In this document: positions 51,976 to 64,000 of the stretch, one piece after another | Layout of the letters: every line of letters starts with the position of its first letter | Numbering within the stretch: the stretch's first letter is position 1 | Assembly: GCA_965655095.1 (NCBI GenBank) | Contig: OZ296650.1 | Coordinates: forward strand, 108,748,001-108,812,000 | Direction of reading: 5' to 3' | DNA from: Haplodiscus bocki | Taxonomy: Eukaryota | Length of the DNA: 64,000 bases | Notes under the pieces: generated by a model | Database searches by the model: none | What the model was told of the DNA's origin: nothing | Seen by the model: only the letters and a program-made list of their open reading frames with translations | Translations under genes and position numbers: made by a program

Positions 51976-52570
51976 TTGGTATGCCTCATTGGAGCCAGCT
52001 CCCTAAAAACTACTCGGAAATCTCAGCAATTCAAGCGACGAACGACTCTACACAAAGTAGCCATATCTATTCCCGGACTCTTCCTGAACCCCAGAGCGAT
52101 GAAGATTTTGAACATTTTAGAAAATTTGTCGAGGGCATCCACCTCACACTTAGGAGGGACATACTTCTTTGGCACGAGCTAATCAACATCACTCAAACTC
52201 CCCAATTCAGTAAGAACAATCGTCCCTGTTCAGTCCCAGAATTCCAATAGCACCTGAACTATCTGAAGTCATACCTCAGTGTAATTGTGTACTGCCAAAA
52301 GTTTTGTACTTTCCCTATGAGTAAGAAATTGCAAGGCACATAAAATCTTTCGGTCGACATCACACTTCTTTTTGTTCCATTGATAAAAGAAGACCCCAGA
52401 GACGTTGATAGAATTCAGATCAGTCCAATGGGCAAGTTTTTTGGAGGGTTAGTTTGTCCCTAAGATCATCAAACGCAAGGAAAACCTCTTGTCACCTGTT
52501 CGAACGGAGAATATTCGAACGGAGAAATCGAGAAGAGAAAAAACGCAAAAACTGAAACAGTTTTTACTTT
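51976..52570 (+). pseudogene. ORF0 of LINE D (homolog of B ORF0), frameshifted
   Basis: CLIGASSL...ISIPGLFLNP...ILLWHELINITQTP...RPCSVPEF...VIVYCQK matches B KIIAASSL...YSLPGLNLDP...LILWHDLLNNTLTS...IPQTVPQL...VVTCQR; ends in a basic tail. Confidence 0.8.
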
Positions 52571-52620
52571 TTTAGACTTTTCTGCGGTTGCACTTCCACA
52601 GAACATTTTTGGTTCGGAGA

Positions 52621-55600
52621 AGCGCCAATAAAACAACTACATGGTATTGAAAAAAAATTGGAAAAGTAGTGAAAAACATGTTCTAAAAGCATTCCAAGGA
52701 AAGATGTAGTGTTTCTTGCAATAAACGAAACATCATGCATTTCTCGAAAAACTGTACAAAATTGTTTCAAACCGCTAATATTTGAGTCATGAAGATTTCT
52801 CAGGTTTTACTGCGCACATGCAACAGTTGTGTCGAGAGAAACAAACGTGAGATGATTCTGTTTTTTATCATGGAAGACAGATCAAAGTTCGTCGGGGTGA
52901 ACCCGAAAACAATCAACAAAAACTTGGAGACATTTCAACAGGACTTCGAAGTCATCAAACGAGAAGGCGAAAAATTTAAAAACTAAATCCGAAAAAAGTG
53001 TTCAACAATGTGAACAAGAGCCTTGCTCGTGCTGATACGAAAACCTGCGATGGAACAAGAATCCGAGGGCTGCCTGAGGACACGTCACGGTGCCAATGTC
53101 AAAGTTATGATCGCAATTTGCAAAGAGTGAACAATTGTTTCGTTTTTATTCTCTGTTGATGCTGAAATAGTAGATATGAAGAAACTTGGTGAGTTCAACC
53201 CGGCGAATGAACGTTTACAAAAGAATGGGAAGGAGGACTGATCAAGCTATCAGATGCCAAGTTGGAGGAGTAAGGAAAAACCGTGTGTGTTAGCCAAAAA
53301 TGTCATCAAAAGAAAAAAAGTTGGATTATGAACTGTCGAGACGAGATACGGAAATTGTCAACCATGGTACCCATGCCACTAAGATTAAGGTCAAAGACAT
53401 GAAGCTCTACTTGTACCTCAAAATGAAGGGAAACAAAAAAAACTTAACCAAACAGGTCAATTGTTTAGAATTCAAGTCAACTAGAACAGAAATGAAAAGG
53501 CTCTCGCATTTTTATCTTGGTAGAATTAGATCGAAGCATGGTGTTCGCAAATGAAGTCATAAACAAACCCTTCGAATTGATCTGCATCACCGAAGTTTGT
53601 CCTGTTTCTATAGTCTCTGAAAAATACAATCTTTTTACAGAAATATGAAATACGTCGACGTGAGAATTGAGCGCCCAACTACAACCTTGAAAGCTAAATA
53701 TGGACGGCGTTTTTGGGCTAACAAACTCTCTGACCATTGAATGAGTAAATCTCAACTCTGAAACAGAGACGTTTGCAAATGCTATCGGTTGTGAAACAGC
53801 AAAACTGTTAAATGTCAATGAAACAACTACATGGTATCGGAAGAAATTTGGAAAAGTAGTGAAAAACATGTTCTAAAAGCATTCCAAGGAAAGATGTAGT
53901 GTTTCTTGCAATAAACGAAACCACATGCATTTCTCGAAAAACTGTACAAAGTTGCTTCAAACCGCTAAAATTTGAGTCATGAATATTTCTCAGGTTTTAC
54001 TGCGCACATGCAACAGTTGTGTCGAGAGAAACAAACGTGACATGATTCTGTTTTTTATCATGGAAGACAGATCAAAAATCGTCAGAGTGAACCCGAAAAG
54101 AATCAACGAAAACTTGGAGACCTTTCAGCAGGACTTCGAAGTCATCAAAGGAGAAAGTGAAAAATTTAAAAACTAAATCCGAAAAAAGTGTTCAACAATG
54201 TGAACAAGAGCCTTGCTCCTGCTGATACGAAAACCTGCGATGGAAAAAGAATCCGAGGGCTGCCTGAGGACACGTCACGGTGCCAATGTCAAAGTTATGA
54301 TCGCAATCTGCGAAGACTGAACAATTGTTTCGTTTTTCTTCTCTGTTGATGCTGAAATAGTAGATATGAAGAAATTTGGTGAGTTCTACCCGGCCAATGA
54401 GCGTTTACAAAAGAATGGGAAGGAAGACTGATCAAGCTATCAGATGCCAAGTTGGAGGAGTAAGGAAAAACCGTGTGTGTTAGCAAAAAATGTCATCAAA
54501 AGAAACGAAGTTGGATTATGAACTGTCGAGACGAGATACGGAAATTGTCAACCACGGTACCCATGCCACTAAGACTAAGGTCAAAGACATGAAGCTCTAC
54601 TTTTATTTAAAAATGAAGGGAAACAAAAAAAAATTAACCAAACAGGTCAATTGTTTAGAATTCAAGTCAACTAGAACAGAAATGAGAAGACTCTCGCATT
54701 TGTATCTTGGTAGAATTAATTCGAAGCATGGTGTTCGCAAATGAAGTCATAAACAAACCCTTCGAATTGATCTGCATCACCGAAGATTGTCCTGTTTCAA
54801 TAGTCTCTGAAAAATACAATCTTTTTACAGAAATATGAAGGACGTCGACGTGAGAATTGAGCGCCCAACTACAATCTTGAAAGCTAAATATGGTCGGCTT
54901 TTTTGGGCTAACAAACTCTCTGACCACTGAACGAGTAAATCTCAACTCTGAAACAGAGACGTTTGCAAATGCTATCGATTGTGAAACAGCGAAACTGTTA
55001 AATGTCAATGAAACAACTACATGGTATCGGAAAAAAAATTGGAAAAGAAGTGAAAAACATGTTCTAAAAGCATTCCAAGGACAAATGTAGTGTTTCTTGC
55101 AAAAAACGAAACAACATGAATTTCTCGAAAAACTATACATAGTTGTTTCAAGCCGCTAGTATTTGAGTCGTGAAGATTTCTCAGGTTTTACTACGCACAT
55201 CCAACAGTTGTGTCGAGAGAAACAAACGTGATATGATTCTGTTTTTTATCATGGAAGACAGATCAAAGTTCGTCGGAGTGAATCCGAAAACAATCAACGA
55301 AAACTTGGAGACATTTCAGCAGGACTTCGAAGTCATCAAACGAGAAAGTGAAAAATTTAAAAACTAAAATCAAAAAAAGTGTTCAACAATGTGAACAAGA
55401 ACCTTCCTCCTGCTGATACGAAAACCTGCGATGGAATAAGAATCCGAGGGCTGCCTGAGGACACGTCACGGTGCCAATGTCAAAGTTATGATCGCAATCT
55501 GCAAAGAGTGAACAATTGTTTCGTTTTTCTTCTCTGTTGATGCTGAAATAGTAGATATGAAGAAACTTGGTGAGTTCTACCCGGCCAATGAACGTTTGCA

Positions 55601-58600
55601 AAAGAATGGGAAGGAGGACTGATCATGCTATCAGTTGCCAAGTTGGAGGAGTAAGGAATCACCGTGTGTGTTAGCAAAAAATGTCATCAAAAGGAAAAGA
55701 GTTGGATTATGAACTGTCGAGACGAGATACGGAAATTGTCAACCATGGTACCCATGCCACTAAGACTAAGGTTAAATATATGAAGCTCTGCTTGTACTTA
55801 AAAAAGAAGGGAAACAAAAAAACTTAACCAAACAGGTCAATTGTTTAGAATTCAAGTCAACTAGAACAGAAATGAAAAGGCTCTTGCATTTGTATCTCGG
55901 TAGAATTAATTCGAAGCATGGTGTTCGCAAATGAAGTCATAAACAAACCCTTCGAAATGATCTGCATCACCGAAGATTGTCCTGTTTCTATAGTGTCTGA
56001 AAAATACAAACATTTTACAGAATTATGAAATACGTCGACGTGAGAATTGAGCGCCCAACTACAATCTTGAAAGCTAAATATGAACGGCTTTCTTGTGCTA
56101 ACAAACTCTCTGACCATTGAACGAGTAAATATCAACTCTGAATCAGAAACGTTTGCAAATGCTATCGATTGTGAAACAGCAAAACTGTTAAATGTCAATG
56201 AAACAACGACATGGTATCGAAAAATTTTTGAAAAAGTAGTGAAAAACATGTTCTAAAAGCATTCCAAGGAAAGATGTAGTGTTTCTTGCAATAAAATAAA
56301 CAACATGCATTTCTCGAAAAACTGTACAAAATTGTTTCAAACCGCTAATATTTGAGTCTTGAAGATTTCTCAGATTTTACTGCGCACATGCAACAGTTGT
56401 GTCAAGAGAAACAAACGTGACATGATTCTGTTTTTTATCATGGAAGACAGATCAAAAATCGTCAGAGTGAACCCGAAAAGAATCAACGAAAACTTGGAAA
56501 CATTTCAGCAGGACTTCGAAGTCATCAAAAGAGAAAAGGAAAAATTTAAAAACTAAATCCGAAAAAAGTGTTCAACAATGTGAACAAGAGCCTTGCTCCT
56601 GCTGATGCGAAAACCTGCGATGGAATAAGAATCCGAGGGCTGCTTGAGGACACGTCACGGTGCCAATGTCAAAGTTATGATCGCAATCTGCAAAGAGTGA
56701 ACAATTGTTTCGTTTTTTTTCTCTGTTGATGCTGAAATAGTAGATATGAAGAAACTTGGTGAGTTCTATCCGGCCAATGAACGTTTGCAAAAGAATGGGA
56801 AGGAGGACTGATCATGCTATCAGTTGCCAAGTTGGAGGAGTAAGGAATAACCGTGTGTGTTAGCAAAAAATGTCATCAAAAGAAAAAGAGTTGGATTGTG
56901 AACTGTCGAGACGAGATACGGAAATTGTCAACCATGGTACCCATGCCACTAAGACTAAGGTTAAAGATATGAAGCTCTGCTTGTACTTAAAAAAGAAGGG
57001 AAACAAAAAAAAACTTAACCAAACAGGTCAATTGTTTAGAATTCCAATCAACTAGAACAGAAATGAAAAGGCTCTCGCATTTGTATCTTGGTAGAATTAA
57101 TTCGAAGCATGGTGTTCGCAAATTAAGTCCTAAACAAACCCTTCGAAATGATCTGCATCACCGGAAACTGTCCTGTTTTTATAGTCTCTGAAAAATACAG
57201 TCTTTTTACAGAAATATGAAAGACGTCGACGTGAGATTTGAGCGCCCAACTACAATCTTGAAAGCTAAATATGGACGGCTTTTTTGGGCTAACAAACTCT
57301 CTGACCATTGAATGAGTAAATCTCAACTCTGAAACAGAGACGTTTGCAAATGCTATCGATTGTGAAACAGCAAAACTGTTAAATGTCAATGAAACAACTA
57401 CATGGTATCGAAAAAAATTTGGAAAAGTAGTGAAAAACATGTTCTAAAAGCATTCCAAGGAAAGATGTAGTGTTTCTTGCAATAAAGGAAACAACATGCA
57501 TTTCTCGAAAAACTGTACAAAACTGTTTCAAACCGCTAATATTTGAGTCATGAAGATTTCCCAGGTTTTACTGCGCACATGCAAAAGTTGTGTCGAGAGA
57601 AACAAACGTGACATGGTTCTGTTTTTCATCATGGAAGACAGATCAAAAATCGTCAGAGTGAACCCGAAAAGAATCAACGAAAACTTGGAGACCTTTCAGC
57701 AGGACTTCGAAGTCATCAAAGGAGAAAGTGAAAAATTTGAAAACTAAATCCGAAAAAAGTGTTCAACAATGTGAACAAGAGCCTTGCTCCTGCTGATACG
57801 AAAACCTGCGATGGAATAATAATCCGAGGGCTGACTGAGGACACGTCACGGTGCCAATGTCAAAGTTATATCGCAATCTGCAAAGAGTGAACAATTGTTT
57901 CGTTTCTCTTCTCTGTTGATGCTGAAATAGTAGATATGAAGAAACTTGGTGAGTTCTACCCGGCCAATGAACGTTTACAAAAGAATGGGCAAGAGGACTG
58001 ATCATGCTATCAGTTGCCAAGTTGGAGGAGTAAGGAAAAACCATGTGTGTTAGCAAAAAATGTCATCAAAAGAAAAAAAGTTGGATTATGAACTGTCGAG
58101 ACGAGATACGGAAATTGTCAACCATGGTACCCATGCCACTAAGATTAAGGTCAAAGACATGAAGCTCTACTTGTACTTAAAAAAGAAGGGAAAGAAAAAA
58201 AACTTAACCAAACAGGTCAATTGTTTGGAATTCAAGTCAACTAGAATAAAAATGAAAAGGCTTTCGCATTTGTATCTTGGTAAAATTAATTCGAAACATG
58301 GTGTTCGCAAATTAAGTCATAAACAAACCCTTCGAATTGATCTGCATCACCGAAGATTGTCCTGTTTCTATAGTCTCTGAAAAATACAATCTTTTTACAG
58401 AAATATGAAATACGTCGACGTGAGAATTGAGCGCCCAACTACAATCTTGAAAGCTAAATATGGACGGCTTTTTTGGGCTAACAAACTCTCTGACCATTGA
58501 ACGAGTAAATCTCAACTCTGAAACAGAGACGTTTGCAAATGCTATCGATTGTGAAACAGCAAAACTGTTAAATGTCAGTGAAACAACTACATGGTATCGA

Positions 58601-59760
58601 AAAAAATTTGGAAAAGTAGTGAAAAACATGTTCTAAAAGCATTCCAAGGAAAGATGTAGTGTTTCTTGCAATAAACTAAACAACATGCATTTCTCGAAAA
58701 ACTGTACAAAGTTGCTTCAAACCGCTAAAATTTGAGTCATGAATATTTCTCAGGTTTTACTGCGCACATGCAACAGTTGTGTCGAGAGAAACAAACGTGA
58801 CATGATTCTGTTTTTTATCATGGAAGACAGATCAAAAATCGTCAGAGTGAACCCGAAAAGAATCAACGAAAACTTGGAGACCTTTCAGCAGGACTTCGAA
58901 GTCATCAAAGGAGAAAGTGAAAAATTTAAAAACTAAATCCGAAAAAGTGTTCAACAATGTGAACAAGAGCCTTGCTCCTGCTGATACGAAAACGTGCGAT
59001 GGAATAAGAATCCGAGGGCTGCCTGAGGACACGTCACGGTGCCAATGTCAAAGTTATGATCGCAATCTGCAAAGAGTGAACAATTGTTTCGTTTTTCTTC
59101 TCTCTTGATGCTGAAATAGTAGATATGAAGAAACTTGGTGAGTTCTACCCGGCCAATGAACGTTTACAAAAGAATGGGAAGGAGGACTGATCATGCTATC
59201 ATTTGCCAAGTTGGAGGAGTAAGGAAAAACCGTGTGTGTTTGCAAAAAATGTCATCAAAAGAAAAAAAATTTGGATGATGAACTGTCGAGACGAGATACG
59301 GAAATTGTCAACCATGGTACCCATGCCACTAAGATTAAGGTCAAAGACATGAAGCTCTACTTGTACTTAAAAAAGAAGGGAAAGAAAAAAAACTTAACCA
59401 AACAGGTCAATTGTTTGGAATTCAAGTCAACAAGAATAAAAATGAAAAGGCTCTCGCATTTGTATCTTGGTAAAATTAATTCGAAACATGGTGTTCGCAA
59501 ATGAAGTCACAAACAAACCCTTCGAAATAATCTGCATCACCGAAGATTGTCCTGTTTCTATAGTCTCTGAAAAATACAATCCTTTTACAGAAATATGAAA
59601 TACGTCGACGTGAGAATTGAGCGCCCAACTACAATCTTGAAAGCTAAATATGGACGGTTTTTTTGGGCTAACAAACTCTCTGACCATTGAACGAGTAAAT
59701 CTCAACTCTGAAACAGAGACGTTTGCAATTGCTATCGATTGTGAAACAGCAAAACTGTTA
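52621..59760 (+). repeat. Tandem array of six ~1190-bp units derived from LINE D ORF1 plus the start of the endonuclease
   Basis: Unit starts at 52621, 53811, 55001, 56191, 57382 and 58571; copies differ by scattered substitutions and homopolymer indels. Confidence 0.97.
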
Positions 59761-61270
59761 ATCTGCAGTATCCATAACTCCTTGTTGGTACTCCCTGCAG
59801 ACTGCCATGTCACGAATTGAAAGTTCTATTATCTGAAGTCACATCGAAAAGAAAAAAGACTACAATGATAGTCAACAGCAGTACCGCGTTATAATAATTC
59901 CGCCAAAGTAAACTGGAGAACAATGACTTCAACACACAAAGAGGAACTTATCATGGCCGTGCCAGTAAATTACAACTTTGAACAGATTTCGGGTATCCAA
60001 TTCACTGTCTTGCTGGCTAACAATACTGAAACTGCTTATTCGTTCAGCTGGAGGAACGAATCAGCAGTCGTACGAGAACTATCACGCCAATCACACACTT
60101 CGCTCTTTTGCTCAGACCAATTGTCACGAGATGCAGGTATGGATCTCCATGTAAAAGTATTATTTCGATGCCGTGGAATTAACCTAGAGGAGGGGTTAAT
60201 TCTAACGGAATAATTGAAAGTACAATTGAGCAGACTTTCCAGCCACCTAGTCACAGTAAATGTGACAAACTCGTGAGACAAAGGTTCGACCTGATTAGGA
60301 CGAAAACGAAAAAAACTACTCCCGGTCTTCCCAAACATAGATTTATGCTACCACCGTGTGTTTACCTAAAAGAAACCGAAGTTGTTGCACAAGGAAACTA
60401 CTATTCAGGAAGTCGTCGACAAGGAATCGTCAATCCAACAAAAACTAAAGAATAAAACACCATAGAAATAAATTTAGGAATGTCGTGCACTTGCCCACTG
60501 AAACTCCAGGAATCTGTTTTGTCTGCGCGAAAGTTTGCGGACTTACAGAGACCCGTAAAATAAAAAACAGCCAGTCTTTATCCTGGGAAAAATACCTTGG
60601 ATGGAGCAGCAGCAAAAAGTGATTGGAAACAGCTGAAACTTTGTACCTTTTATTTGTCCAAACCTTTCGAAAGGAATAAGCATCTTCACAATGGGAATAC
60701 AAGGCGTGAAGTTGGAACAAAATTATACATGATGAACTGCAGCTTTAAAATGCTGCTCCAATTACAGACGATAAAAACTGTCGAAATATTGTACTGAAAA
60801 GTCTTTCTGCAACGTTGCCCATCTGGTTACTACTTGCAATCAGGACACTGTTTGAGGAAGCGTCTCAGCAAATTTATGATTAACCTTCAGAGTAACTCCA
60901 GTTTCCAAAAAAAACACAAGGAAGCTAGACTGTTTCCGACCAGTATGTCTTCCTTGCACTTTTTCGCAAGTGTTGGAAAAGTTGGTCTTCGATTTCATCT
61001 AAAAAAAGCGGAAGCATATATTACATCAGAGCCACTTCGAAACTGGAGAGGATTCTTCAGCCTCAAAGCAGTTATTAATTTTCCCAGACAAAATCTATGG
61101 GTTCTCTCTTCGAGGATTCCGTCACAAACTGTTAACATTCGTTCACCTGGCTTTTGAAGACGGTGTGTCAAAAAAGGTTAAAAAGAATACTTCTTCAAGC
61201 ACTCTTCAACATGGGAGTTAGCGGAAAAATTTAACAAGACTTTGAAAGCTTTCTCTCGAGTTACACTCAA

Positions 61271-62223
61271 TCATCTGTTCATCTGTTCAGTACTGTGACC
61301 AGGTAGTCCTCTATTCACAGCTCCCAATGCTAGTGGCTTCTTTCACTGCAAGTGTTACTGGACCTCACTGCAACGTCATCTGAGTTGGTCTCAACATGAA
61401 TTTTCTTTTCTCCCAGCACTTGTCCAGGCTTGAATTGAATGTAAAGGTGTTAACGGATTGGATAACCTCTCTAGGGAGGTTGTTCCACTCTTTCACCACC
61501 CTCTGTGTGAAGAAATGCTTCCTAAGGCTAGTTCGACTTTTATTCATTTTCAGCTTCAATGCGTGGCCTCTGGTCCTATTGTGCCCCTCACGGGTCAGCA
61601 GATTTGTCGTCACAGATTGATCGTACCCAGAGTTGTTGGTAAGCATTTTGAAGACTTCAATCATATCTCCTCTCAAGCGTCTATATGCTAAGGTTGGCAT
61701 GTCAAGTTTTTTCAGTCTCTCTTCGTAAGATAGGTCTTTTTACTCATGTACACGTTTTTAAGCCCTTGTTTGCACATTCTCGATGAGGTTTTGGAGTTTG
61801 ACTGACGTGGGGTTCCATACCGAAGTGGCGTACTCTAGGTGCGGTCTAACAATTCCTCGGAAGAGGAACCTGAACTTCAAAATATCCAATTGAAAGGTCC
61901 GTTTGATGAGGCCAACCAATCGATTGGCTTTTTTGACTTTATTCACAATGTGTTTTTCGAATTTCAGGTCTGAGTCAAATGTCACTCCCAAGTCCGTCTC
62001 AGTATTATCGCTTGAGATCGGTAGTAGTTTCCCTCGCTGGGCGTAGTACTCTCGTTCAAGCTGCTTGGCTCCTCCAATCTTTAGGAGCCTTGCCTTTTTT
62101 TGGCTGAAACGGCAGTAGCCATTTTTTGCTCCAATCTTCAAGCCTGTAGAGGTCATTTTGAAGCGATTCACCATCTTCCTTACAGTTCACCTCTTGGTAG
62201 ATCTTTGTATCATCTGCGAACAT
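61271..62223 (-). mobile_element. 5'-truncated CR1-type LINE nested in the RT of LINE D, TSD CACTCAA
   Basis: Begins at MFADDTKIY; VRPHLEYA..VW.P, RLRGDMIEVFK, RTRGH..KL, RKHFFTQRVV.EWNNLP; (GAACAGAT)n tail; cactcaa at 61264-61270 and 62224-62230. Confidence 0.93.
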
Positions 62224-63479
62224 CACTCAAGTAACTTCTTTTTTCGAAGCCCCAGTCATTACCGAGAAGGGTACCACAAAGTCGAATTCTAGGCCCACGG
62301 TTGTTCCTTCTTTTGTTTACGATATTCCTGACTTACTTGTTCACTCGCCCGAGTTACGGATACTATGATGACACGAAGTTCGGCCCAACTGTTGAGTTAA
62401 GCGTGAAGATGATGTTTATTGCCTTCGTAACCCGTATGAAAGGAACGAAATTGGAAAATTTGTAAACAGCAGTTGAAAGGAACAGAGCAGACATTTTCAA
62501 GGGTCATTGTCTGATAAATCACTTCTTGAATCCTGACATCGAAGACTTTCTGGTTCGATGTTGGCTCATGATATGAGTTTGACTGAAAGTTGCGCAACCA
62601 GAGTACACTAGGATACCAAGGACTTCTATGCGGTTGAAAGGAACAGAACTCTTCTCATCTCACAGAATACCAATTGGACAATTACATCGGATACATTTTA
62701 CCCGTTGCAGTTTACCTCTGAGCGAGCAAAACAAATGAAACATTTCGAGGCCGTTCAAAATTAAGCTGTTTCTTGGATCACAATTTTTTATAGTGGAGCA
62801 TGATGAAGAAGCTATTTTCGCTAAATCCCCTACGCCTCTCTGTTCATGAAGCAACATGTCTTCTTGTTTGTATTCTCAATCTCGAGTGAGTATTCCGAAT
62901 TGACTTCTTGCGGCTTGGTCGAGATAGCTGCACGGAACCTTCAGCAGCACAGTAGAGGAATTAACGTGAATAAAACAACACTGATTGCCGACCAGTAATT
63001 GAAGTTCTTGAGGCGGTTATACAACAGCAAAGTACATTTAACATGGAGTATTGTCTGTCTATGTGGGAGCTGGAACATAAAATCGCAGCTATCAAAACTA
63101 GAACTGCGGGGATCAAACCCCTTCAGCTCACGGACTCTGAATTTTGTAGTACTACTTCTTGATTTAGAAAGTAGATAGTTTAGTGAGTTGCCATGGAACG
63201 AAACTTACCTCGATCACTTCGTGCGGGTGTTTTTTCGCGACTATTTCCTATAACTTTTAAATCCTTGAAGAGTGCGCGTCGTCTAAATGCTTTTTGAACT
63301 TTGTAATGGTACGTCGATGAATGCTATGTGGTGTAAAAAAACTTGAATGTCACGACCTCGTTCTACTTTGTAGAGAATGAAATGTAACACTTCCTTACGA
63401 AATTGAATGCTACTTCAATGCAGTAATCTGAAAAATGACTTTTGAAAAACTTAACAGGGAGTCACTGATTCCTTTTGTT

Positions 63480-63570
63480 ACTATCGTTTAAACCTGGACT
63501 ACTTCTAGAATCTTGTCCCTAGTTGTATCGAAAGGTTTTGAGAAAGAACTGTACAACCGAGTTGAAATTT
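63480..63570 (+). mobile_element. Short decayed LINE RT fragment
   Basis: ILSLVVSKGFEKELYNRVE resembles the RT segment that follows NYRPIS. Confidence 0.4.
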
Positions 63571-64000
63571 GCCGGCTATAGTTTTTTCATTACTTTAGGT
63601 AGGCAGTACAACAAACGTTTCTTGATTACTGGTCCAAAATCGACCTGCTTGTCACATGAATCCTTCGAAAACTGTGCAAAGGGCGCTACATGATTGTTTA
63701 CAAAATCCTTTGAAATAATTTTGAGAATTACGAGCCGGTAATCCAGATTTTGTTTTGTCATCAAATTTGTGAATTGGCGAGGCTACACAACTTTTTAAGG
63801 TTGCGGGGAAGTTACGAAGATACAAAACGCTTCCAAAAACTTTCACAGTTATCGAAATCGAATAAATGGTTCAGAACAAAATTTCCAACGAAAATGAATC
63901 AAGATATGCGTAGACGATGCACGTTGAAACGGGAAAGCCAGTGTTACGAGAACTGTAACGGAAAGGTAATGTGAAGGTTTCGGGAAAGCATTTGTTCTAA

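Larger units (their letters stand above)
51940..63160 (+). mobile_element. LINE D: decayed full-length three-ORF CR1/L2-group element containing an internal 6x array and a nested LINE
   Basis: ORF0 51976-52570; PHD-RRM ORF1 from ATG at 52640; EN motif FELICITE continuing past 59761; RT DF.KAF..V motif split at 61270; GVPQSRILGP and GYYDDTK at 62269-62378; C-terminal SIVCLCG near 63050-63070; short tactac tail near 63150. Confidence 0.85.

Noticed and set aside
52621-59760. Reading the recurring 63-130-aa ORFs as a tandem gene family or a CRISPR-like array
   Set aside because: They are fragments or antisense shadows of a decayed LINE ORF1/EN, and there are no unique spacers.

Overview
AT-rich eukaryotic (animal-like) genomic DNA dominated by non-LTR retrotransposons of the CR1/L2 (Jockey-superfamily) type, with one host gene that I can reconstruct: a 3-exon MARVEL-like four-TM protein on the minus strand at 8229-10891. 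The main observation is that four distinct LINEs (A ~12220-15292 +, B ~16370-21007 +, C ~33990-36520 -, D ~51940-63160 +) each carry a separate SGNH/GDSL-hydrolase-like ORF ('ORF0') upstream of a conventional RRM-type ORF1 (with a PHD relic in D) and an APE-RT ORF2, giving a three-ORF layout. In the youngest copy (B), ORF0 is intact and ORF2 has no start codon of its own; it continues in frame after the ORF1 stop in a TGA-CTAG readthrough context. The window also holds a 3x 2071-bp tandem amplification of a LINE fragment between ~100-bp flanking direct repeats, a 6x ~1190-bp array made from the ORF1/endonuclease part of LINE D, a decayed near-full-length LINE (E), and a CR1 fragment nested in the RT of D with a 7-bp TSD. 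The ~39.5-52 kb region looks like decayed coding DNA that I cannot assign. All family assignments are by motif recognition by eye; no database searches were run.
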